Positions 57,228 through 64,000 of a DNA stretch of 64,000 bases are shown here, in pieces. The position numbers and the translations under genes were made by a program. Under the pieces are notes generated by a model. It searched no databases. It was not told the DNA's origin and saw only the letters and a program-made list of their open reading frames with translations. This stretch comes from Candidatus Dormibacteria bacterium (GTDB lineage: Bacteria > Chloroflexota > Dormibacteria > Aeolococcales > Aeolococcaceae), in NCBI GenBank assembly GCA_049521435.1, contig JBEKOU010000007.1, positions 63,831 to 127,830 on the forward strand, given 5' to 3'. Each line of letters begins with the position of its first letter. The stretch's first letter is position 1.

Positions 57228-58215
57228 CCGGCTGCCCACCGATCCATGCCCTGACCCCGTGACCATCGACACCTCCACCCTGGTGGTGGTCAACCCGGTG
57301 AGCGCCGGGGGTCAGACCCTGCGGCGCTGGCCCCAGATCCGGACAGCACTCCGGGAGGCCGGCATCGAGATCCACTCCCACCTGACCACCGGCCGGGGCG
57401 ACGCGACCGCGGTGACCCGCCGGGAGCTCACCGGGAAGGCGCCGGTGCGCCGGGTGGTCGCCGTGGGGGGTGACGGCACCCTCAACGAGGTGGTCAACGG
57501 CTGCTTCGACGAGCGGGGTGCCCCGCTCGCGCGCGACCTCACCGTCGGCCTGATCCCGAGCGGCACCGGCAGCGATATCCGTCGCACCCTCGGACTGCCC
57601 ACCGACCCCCACGCCGCCGCCCGCCTCCTGGCCGGTGGGACCACCCGGACCATCGACGTGGGCAGGATCGTCTTCGCCGACGGCAGCCACCGGCTCTTCG
57701 CCAACGTGGCCGACTGCGGGCTGGGCGGCGAGGTCGTCACCAGGATCAATCGCAGCCGCCAGAAACGCGCGGGCCTGCTCGGCAGCGCCGCCTTCCTGGG
57801 GGTCTCGGTCACCGAGCTGATGAGCTTCCGCAACCGCGACGTGCTCCTCACCATCGACGGGGTGACCACGCGGCAGCGGGTGCAGCAGGTGGTCATCGCC
57901 AACGGCCGCTGTTTCGGCGGGGGGATGCGCATCGCCCCCGGCGCCGACCCGGCCGACGGCCTGCTGGACGTGGTGGTGGTCGGGGACATCTCCCGTTTCG
58001 GGGCCCTCCTGGCCGTCCCGCGCCTCTTCCGGGGCACCCACCTCGGCCTCGCGGCCGTCTCCTCCCACCGAGCGCGCTCGATCGGCATCGCCGTCGCCGA
58101 CGGGGAGAGCCCCCCGCGCTTCGACGTGGACGGGGAGCAGGTGGGGAGCGCTCCCGCCGAGATCACGGTCCTGCCCCAGGCGCTCCGCTTCGCGGCCCCG
58201 CCCCTGGTATGCTGA
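57220..58215 (+). CDS. Diacylglycerol/lipid kinase family protein (YegS/DgkB-like)
   Basis: VNPVSA, GGDGTLNEV, PSGTGSD, GGGM, DGLLD, VDGE. Confidence 0.9.
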   Translation: MSNRLPTDPCPDPVTIDTSTLVVVNPVSAGGQTLRRWPQIRTALREAGIEIHSHLTTGRGDATAVTRRELTGKAPVRRVVAVGGDGTLNEVVNGCFDERGAPLARDLTVGLIPSGTGSDIRRTLGLPTDPHAAARLLAGGTTRTIDVGRIVFADGSHRLFANVADCGLGGEVVTRINRSRQKRAGLLGSAAFLGVSVTELMSFRNRDVLLTIDGVTTRQRVQQVVIANGRCFGGGMRIAPGADPADGLLDVVVVGDISRFGALLAVPRLFRGTHLGLAAVSSHRARSIGIAVADGESPPRFDVDGEQVGSAPAEITVLPQALRFAAPPLVC

Positions 58216-58320
58216 CCCGGACCGACAGAGGGCCCGGCCCAGGGACGGGCACGCCCGCTCCCCGAGCCCCGCTCTCGGTCCGGCGACTGGCCCACCCGGG
58301 CCCACTGGAGAGGCCACCCC
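58205..58320 (+). promoter_or_regulatory. rpsO promoter and structured leader (S15-leader candidate)
   Basis: TGGTATGCT extended -10; GGACCGACAGAG / CTCTCGGTCC stem ahead of GGAG SD and TTG start. Confidence 0.45.
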
Positions 58321-58587
58321 TTGCCTGAGCTTCGCGCCAAGACCGACATCATCGCCGAGCACCGGCGTCACGACACCGACACCGGATCGCCCGAAGTCCA
58401 GATCGCGGTCCTCAGCGAGCGCATCGTCGGCCTCACCGAGCACCTGCGCGAGCACACCAAGGATCACGCCTCGCGGCGCGGGCTGCTCAAGATGGTCGGC
58501 CGGCGCCGCCGCCTGCTCGACTACCTCTCCCGCACCGACGTGGAGCGGTATCGCGCCATCATCGCCCGGCTCGGGCTCCGGCGATAA
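58321..58587 (+). CDS. rpsO: 30S ribosomal protein S15
   Basis: [33 protein letters not shown]. Confidence 0.97.
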   Translation: MPELRAKTDIIAEHRRHDTDTGSPEVQIAVLSERIVGLTEHLREHTKDHASRRGLLKMVGRRRRLLDYLSRTDVERYRAIIARLGLRR

Positions 58588-58774
58588 GTGACCCTCGTGT
58601 CACCGCGATCCGGGCTGAGGAGAGATCAGAGCGCCCTTCTCCCCGCCGGTGCCGGCCGCCCCCACGCCTCTGTGGCGGGTGCTGACCTGGCAACCTGGCA
58701 GCTCACGACCCCACCCGACAGGAGGGCTCTCCCGCACCTTCCCTGAGCCACTCGGCTCACCCGTATTCATCAAC

Positions 58775-58935
58775 GGCCACCTCCACAACGTACGGCGATC
58801 GAAACGAGCCGGCGAGACGTTGGGGACTGCGCGCCAGGGTGACGCAGCCGCCGCGCGGCGCGAACCCATGACGCGGCCCGCAGCCTCCAACAGCCTCGCC
58901 TTCGGACACCACCGCCGCCCGTCACGGCAGTGGCC
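58775..58935 (+). promoter_or_regulatory. pnp leader long hairpin (likely RNase III/PNPase autoregulatory site)
   Basis: GGCGAG-AC-GTTGGGG-A-CTGCG pairs with CGCAG-C-CTCCAAC-AGC-CTCGCC; outer pair GGCCAC/GTGGCC. Confidence 0.55.
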
Positions 58936-58950
58936 ACTTCCGGAGCACAC

Positions 58951-61101
58951 ATGGCTGACAAAGAACCCACGACCTTCACCACTGACTACGGCGGCCAGAC
59001 CCTCACCGTAGAGACCGGCCACATCGCCGAACAGGCCAACGGCGCCCTCTTCATCCGCTGCCGCGACACCGTGGTGCTGGTCACCGCGGTGGCGAGCAAG
59101 GCACCGCGCGAGGGCATCGACTTCTTCCCGCTCACCTGCGACTACGAGGAGAAGCTCTACGCGGCGGGGCGCATCCCGGGCAGCTTCCCCCGCCGCGAGG
59201 GGAGGCCGACCGAGGCGGCCATCATCGCCTGCCGGATGATCGACCGCCCGATGCGGCCGCTCTTTCCCAAGGACTTCCGCAACGACGTCCAGCTGGTCGC
59301 CACCGTCGTCTCGGCCGACCAGGAGCAGGACCCGACCACCCTGGCGGTGACCGGCGCCTCGCTCGCGCTGCAGATCAGCGACATCCCCCACGCGGGGCCG
59401 GTCGGCTGCGTGCGCGTGGGGATGCTGGACGGCAAATTGATCCTCAACCCGACCCTGCAGCAGCTCCAGGAATCCGACCTCGACCTGGTGGTCGCCGGCA
59501 CCGCCGACGCCATCACCATGGTGGAGGCGGGCGCCAGCCAGATCCCCGAGAGCACCGTGCTCGAGGCGCTGCGCCTGGCCCACGACGAGATCAAACGGCT
59601 GGTCGAGTTCCAGCTCCACGTCCGCGAGACCCTCGGCGCCAAGCCGCCGATGGACTATCCGAAGTGGGGGATCGCCCCCGAGATCGCCGAGGCGGTCCAC
59701 GAGGCCGTCGCCGGGAAGGCCACCGCGGCCGCCCGCAACGCCGACAAGGCCGCCCGCGAGGACCAGATCGACGCGCTCAAGCAGCAGGTCGCCGGCCAGC
59801 TCGCCGAGCGCTTCCCCGCCAGTGGGGGCGAGATCGGGCGCGCCTTCGACTCCGAGATCAAGAAGGCGGTGCGCAACGCCATCCTGACCGAGGGCATCCG
59901 CCCCGACGGGCGCCGCACCGACGAGATCCGGCAGATCTGGTGCAAGGTCGGCGTCCTGCCCCGCACCCACGGCAGCGCCCTCTTCACCCGTGGCCAGACC
60001 CAGGCGCTCTCCGTGGTCACCCTCGGCTCCGGCCAGGACCAGCAGAAGCTGGACGGGCTCGGGCTCGAGCAGTTCAAGCGCTACATGCACCACTACAACT
60101 TCCCGCCCTTCTCGGTGGGTGAGGCGAGGCCGCTGCGCTCCCCGGGCCGTCGCGAGATCGGTCACGGAGCCCTCGCCGAGCGGGCCGTGCACAACGTGAT
60201 GCCCGACGACGAGGCGTTCCCCTACGTGGTGCGCATCGTCACCGAGATCCTGAGCAGCAACGGCTCGACGTCGATGGCATCCGTCTGCGGCTCGACGCTC
60301 GCCCTGATGGACGCCGGGGTGCCCCTCCGGGCACCGGTGGCGGGCATCGCCATGGGCCTGATCAGCGCCGACGACGGCAGCAGCGCCGCGATCCTGAGCG
60401 ACATCCAGGGGATGGAGGATGCCCTCGGCGACATGGACTTCAAGGTCGCCGGCTCGGCGGCCGGGATCACCGGTCTGCAGATGGACATCAAGATCCGGGG
60501 CCTCAAGTGGGAGCTCCTGGAGCGTGCCCTCGAGCAGGCCCGCGTCGGTCGCCTCCACATCCTCGGCAAGATGGCCGAGGCGCTGGCGGAGCCGCGTGCC
60601 GAGATGAGCCCGTGGGCGCCGAGGATCGACACCATCCAGATCAACCCGGACAAGATCCGCGAGATCATCGGCCCAGGGGGCAAGACCATCCGCCGCATCG
60701 TCGAGGAGACGGGTGCTCAGATCGACGTCGAGGACGACGGCCGGGTGTTCATCTCCAGCGCCAACGCGGCGTCCCGCCAGCAGGCACTCGACATGATCCG
60801 CGACCTCACCGACGACATCGAGATCGGCCGCATCTACAAGGGCAAGGTCTCCCGCCTGATGGGCTTCGGAGCCTTCGTCGAGATCGCGCCCAAGAAGGAG
60901 GGGCTGGTCCGCATCGGCCACCTCGCCGAGCACCGGGTCGAGAAGGTCGAGGACGTGGTCGCCGTGGGCGACGAGATCATGGTCAAGGTCATCGAGATCG
61001 ACGACCGCGGCCGGGTCAACCTCTCCCGACGCGAGGCCATCCGCGACCTCGCCAAGGGTCAGGCCGACGCCCAAGAATCGGGGTCGGGCAGCCCGGCCTA
61101 G
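58951..61101 (+). CDS. pnp: Polyribonucleotide nucleotidyltransferase
   Basis: DFFPLT, RREGRP, HGSALFTRGQTQ, SNGSTSMASVC, GDMDFK, KH and S1 domains. Confidence 0.97.
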   Translation: MADKEPTTFTTDYGGQTLTVETGHIAEQANGALFIRCRDTVVLVTAVASKAPREGIDFFPLTCDYEEKLYAAGRIPGSFPRREGRPTEAAIIACRMIDRPMRPLFPKDFRNDVQLVATVVSADQEQDPTTLAVTGASLALQISDIPHAGPVGCVRVGMLDGKLILNPTLQQLQESDLDLVVAGTADAITMVEAGASQIPESTVLEALRLAHDEIKRLVEFQLHVRETLGAKPPMDYPKWGIAPEIAEAVHEAVAGKATAAARNADKAAREDQIDALKQQVAGQLAERFPASGGEIGRAFDSEIKKAVRNAILTEGIRPDGRRTDEIRQIWCKVGVLPRTHGSALFTRGQTQALSVVTLGSGQDQQKLDGLGLEQFKRYMHHYNFPPFSVGEARPLRSPGRREIGHGALAERAVHNVMPDDEAFPYVVRIVTEILSSNGSTSMASVCGSTLALMDAGVPLRAPVAGIAMGLISADDGSSAAILSDIQGMEDALGDMDFKVAGSAAGITGLQMDIKIRGLKWELLERALEQARVGRLHILGKMAEALAEPRAEMSPWAPRIDTIQINPDKIREIIGPGGKTIRRIVEETGAQIDVEDDGRVFISSANAASRQQALDMIRDLTDDIEIGRIYKGKVSRLMGFGAFVEIAPKKEGLVRIGHLAEHRVEKVEDVVAVGDEIMVKVIEIDDRGRVNLSRREAIRDLAKGQADAQESGSGSPA

Positions 61102-61125
61102 TCATCCAGGAGGCTCAATCTAAAC

Positions 61126-62136
61126 GTGACGTCGTCCGCCCCATCCGTCGCCCTCGTCGGTGCCACCGGAGCCGCCGGTTCCACGGTCCTGCAGGTCCTC
61201 GAGGACCGCAAGTTCCCGCTGCGGGAGCTGCGGGCGCTCGCATCTCCGCGCAGCGCCGGCAGGACGGTGAGCTTCCGCGGTGAGGCGCTGACGGTTGCGG
61301 CGGTGGACGCGGCGCGCCTCGAGGGCTGCGACATCGTCTTCTTCGCGGCCGGCGGGGCCACGTCCAGAGAGTACGCCCCCCTGGTCGCCGCCGGGGGCGG
61401 CGTCGCCGTCGACAAGTCGAGCTACTTCCGGATGGACCCGCAGGTCCCCCTGGTGGTCCCCGAGGTCAACGGCGAGAAGGTGCGTGAGCACCACGGGATC
61501 ATCGCCAACCCCAACTGCGTCGCCACCCCGCTGGCGGTGGCGCTGGCGCCGCTGCACCGCGCCTTTGGCCTCCGCCACGTCACCGTCGCCACGTACCAGG
61601 CGGCCACCGGGGCGGGGCGGGCGCTCCGCGAGGAGATGGAGGAACAGGCGCGCCAGGACGTCGCGGGAGAGGTCCCGGCCCACCACGTCTACCCTCACGT
61701 CCTTCACGGCAACGTCATCCCCGGTGGCTGGAAGATGTACGGCGACGACACTGAGGAGGAGGTCAAGGTCGTCCAGGAGGTCCGCCGCATCCTCGACCTC
61801 CCCGACCTCGGGGTCGGCATCACCACGGTGCGGGTGCCGGTGGCGATCGGCCACGCCCAGGCGGTGTGGGTCGAGCTGGAGACCGAGGCCGCCCCGGCCG
61901 AGGCTCGCCGCATCCTGGAGGGCGCCGCCGGGGTCAGGGTCGTCGACGATCCCGCCTCCCAGGTGTACCCGACCCCGCGTGAGGTGGCCGGTTCGGACGA
62001 GGTCCACGTCGGCCGCATTCGCCGCGACCCGAGCCGCGAGCACGGCCTGGCCCTCTTCGTGGTCGCCGACAACCTCCGCAAGGGGGCGGCGACCAACGCG
62101 GTGCAGGTGGCCGAGCTGGTCCTGGAGTACCGCTAG
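61126..62136 (+). CDS. asd: Aspartate-semialdehyde dehydrogenase
   Basis: VGATGA, VVPEVN, ANPNC, VRVPV, DNLRKGAATNAVQ. Confidence 0.95.
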   Translation: MTSSAPSVALVGATGAAGSTVLQVLEDRKFPLRELRALASPRSAGRTVSFRGEALTVAAVDAARLEGCDIVFFAAGGATSREYAPLVAAGGGVAVDKSSYFRMDPQVPLVVPEVNGEKVREHHGIIANPNCVATPLAVALAPLHRAFGLRHVTVATYQAATGAGRALREEMEEQARQDVAGEVPAHHVYPHVLHGNVIPGGWKMYGDDTEEEVKVVQEVRRILDLPDLGVGITTVRVPVAIGHAQAVWVELETEAAPAEARRILEGAAGVRVVDDPASQVYPTPREVAGSDEVHVGRIRRDPSREHGLALFVVADNLRKGAATNAVQVAELVLEYR

Positions 62137-62177
62137 CCGATCCGGTAGCGACGAGAGGGGAGAGGAGGGAGCGCGGC

Positions 62178-62537
62178 ATGCACTTCGACCACTACACAGT
62201 GACCCTGCTGATCCTCCGTTCCGACGCTCCGCCTCTCGACGACGCGGCGCTGGACGACCTCCAGGATCGGCACATGGCGCACCTCGCCGATCTGCACGAG
62301 GCGGGCCACCTGCTCGCCGCCGGGCCCCTCCTGGGCGCGCCCGATCGGGCCTTCCGCGGGCTCAGCATCTGGCGGGGAGACGCCGGCGAGGTGGGCCGGA
62401 TGCTCGCCGAGCACCCCGATCCCGCGGTCATCGCCGGCCGGTTCGGGGAGGAGATCCTCCCCTGGATGGTGCCGGGCGGGACGCTCCAGTTCTCGCTGGT
62501 CCGATTCCCTCGCTCGATGGCGGAGGCGGACGCCTGA
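62178..62537 (+). CDS. YciI family protein
   Basis: HMAHLADL...AAGP, DPAVIAG. Confidence 0.8.
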   Translation: MHFDHYTVTLLILRSDAPPLDDAALDDLQDRHMAHLADLHEAGHLLAAGPLLGAPDRAFRGLSIWRGDAGEVGRMLAEHPDPAVIAGRFGEEILPWMVPGGTLQFSLVRFPRSMAEADA

Positions 62538-62587
62538 GGAGGGGTCCCCGGGGTAGCTGCGAGGTGAGACGTCGCACCGGCCGGTGG

Positions 62588-62724
62588 TGAGAGGCGCGGG
62601 GGCGGTGCTTCGCTGCGGCACGGCCGTCCGATCGCCCTGACTGGCGCTCGGCGGCCTTCGCTCGGCGGCATTGCATCTGCCGCCTGCGCAAAGCCTTCGC
62701 TGCGCACCACCCCCACGCCTCTCA
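62588..62724. mobile_element. 137-bp element bounded by 21-bp inverted repeats (MITE/REPIN-like)
   Basis: TGAGAGGCGCGGGGGCGGTGC ... GCACCACCCCCACGCCTCTCA; internal CTTCGCT x3 and GGCGGCA/TGCCGCC hairpin. Confidence 0.5.
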
Positions 62725-62769
62725 GAACGCCTCCAGTGCCGTTCGAGGGCGGCGCCGTATCATGCCGCG

Positions 62770-64000
62770 ATCGACCGGCTGAGATCCGTCCCCTGGCTGC
62801 GCGTCGCGCGCGTCCTGTTTGCGCTCTACCTGGTGGGCGCGCTCATCAGCGTCTGGCTGCCCGGGGATTGGCGGCAGGCGGATGTGGCGCTGTATCGCAC
62901 CGACGCGCTGGCCTTCTGGGGGCACCTCTCGCATCCGTCGCTCCCTCACGAGTACCCGCCGCTCGCGGTCATCCCCTTTGCCCTGGCGCTGATCGGGCCG
63001 AAGTCCGTGGGCCAGGATTGCTTCGCCCTCGGCATGGCGGCCCTCTTCGTCCTCGGCTTCGTGGCCATCCGGCGGTGGAAGGGCGCGTCCCGCGCCTGGA
63101 CCTACGGCGCCTACGCCCTGGCCGCCGGCCCGGCGACGCTTCTCTTCCGCTACGACATCCTGCCTGCCCTGATGGCGCTGGGCTGCCTATGGCTGGTCGA
63201 AAGGCGGCGCTTCGGTCCCGCCTACACCGTGATCGGCGTCGGCACACTGGTCAAGCTCTTCCCCCTCGTCCTGCTCCCCGTCACCCTCATCGCCCACGCC
63301 CGCACCGCACGGGGCAGGGGCGCTTCTGTGCTCGTCCGCGGGCTGGCCGCCGGCCTGGTCGTCTGCACGGTCATCGTGGCAGGCGGATTCGCCCTGGCCC
63401 ACGTCGTCGATCCGGCCCACGGGTGGGGCGCGATCACGTACAACCTCGGCCGCCCGGTGCAGGTCGAGTCGGTGCCGGCCACCCTCATGTGGCTGGCGTC
63501 GCTGGTCGGCGTTCCCGCTCACCCGGCCTATGCCTCTGTCTCCTACGATCTCGTCAGTCGCCTGAGTGGGGTCGCCTCCGCGGCCGGGGATATCGGCCTG
63601 GCGGTGGGGATGCTCTGGGTGTGGTGGAGGCAGCTCACCGGGCGGATGGACACGGGTCACGCCGTGGTGGGCGCCCTGCTCGTGCTCCTCTGCACCAGCA
63701 GTGTGCTGAGCACCCAGTACCTGCTCTGGGTGGCACCGGTGCTCGCCGTCGTGGAGGGCTTCCGCTACCGCTGGCTGGCCGTCTTCCTGCTCACCGCGCT
63801 GATCTTCCCGGTGCTCTACCAGGTGGCGGTCGAGTATTCGCCCGTGCTGCGGTACTCCGGGTGGTTCCTGGCCGGGATCGGTGTCCGCAATGTGCTGCTG
63901 GTCGTCTGCACGGTCTGGTTCCTGGCCGGCAGCGGCAGGGTGCCCGCCGCCCAACCGGCGCCGACCGGCGACGCCGGCCGCGTGCCCCCGCCGGATCGCG
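62770..64000 (+). CDS. GT87/DUF2029-like polyprenyl-phosphate glycosyltransferase (runs off window end)
   Basis: Frame 1 open to the end: DVALY, HEYPPLA, RYDILPA, KLFP, QVES, STQYLLW, many TM segments; start uncertain. Confidence 0.8.
   Translation, partial: MDRLRSVPWLRVARVLFALYLVGALISVWLPGDWRQADVALYRTDALAFWGHLSHPSLPHEYPPLAVIPFALALIGPKSVGQDCFALGMAALFVLGFVAIRRWKGASRAWTYGAYALAAGPATLLFRYDILPALMALGCLWLVERRRFGPAYTVIGVGTLVKLFPLVLLPVTLIAHARTARGRGASVLVRGLAAGLVVCTVIVAGGFALAHVVDPAHGWGAITYNLGRPVQVESVPATLMWLASLVGVPAHPAYASVSYDLVSRLSGVASAAGDIGLAVGMLWVWWRQLTGRMDTGHAVVGALLVLLCTSSVLSTQYLLWVAPVLAVVEGFRYRWLAVFLLTALIFPVLYQVAVEYSPVLRYSGWFLAGIGVRNVLLVVCTVWFLAGSGRVPAAQPAPTGDAGRVPPPDR

Noticed and set aside
55599-57293. 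1375-aa extended GH94 ORF in the track
   Set aside because: The N-terminal ~565 codons are antisense to GH1; GH94 homology begins near 55598 after an AGGAG SD.
8745-61074. Many long antisense or alternate-frame ORFs (for example 8745-11642, 19846-22404, 25330-27906, 58600-61074)
   Set aside because: They are shadows of well-identified genes caused by stop-codon scarcity in high-GC DNA.

Overview
A very GC-rich bacterial chromosome segment made up mostly of housekeeping genes. Gene order, the GAAC-N4-GTTC LexA box and TTGTCCACA DnaA box suggest a Terrabacteria lineage such as Dormibacterota, Chloroflexota or Actinomycetota; this is inference only. Order: tlyA-nadK-recN, an inserted Fic gene, scpA-scpB-rluB-cmk-plsC-dinG, a two-subunit NAD synthetase, rsmI-metG-tatD-rsmA, an MFS transporter, tRNA-Val(GAC), thrS, a second tlyA-like gene, infC-rpmI-rplT-pheST, AraC/VOC, a phosphate cluster (phoU, atypical inositol monophosphatase, pstACSB, phoR, divergent phoB), mpg, yebC-ruvCAB, secDF, rimP-nusA-ylxR-infB-rbfA-nrnA-truB-ribF, an ECF sigma/anti-sigma pair, divergent GH94 and GH1, a lipid kinase, rpsO-pnp-asd, YciI and a truncated GT87-like gene. 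No integrase, transposase or CRISPR array was seen. The most unusual items are: (1) an unannotated, heavily base-paired ~320-nt minus-strand transcription unit between mpg and yebC, with its own promoter, a sequestered SD, a 15-codon ORF and a terminator; (2) a small Cys-rich protein with a clamp-like QLSL motif downstream of DnaA boxes; (3) an IMPase with two metal-ligand Asp residues replaced by Cys and His; (4) ~100-bp inverted REP/MITE-like mosaic repeats; (5) a 7-repeat, Cys-paired anti-sigma sensor domain. All calls come from motif reading and no database searches were run.
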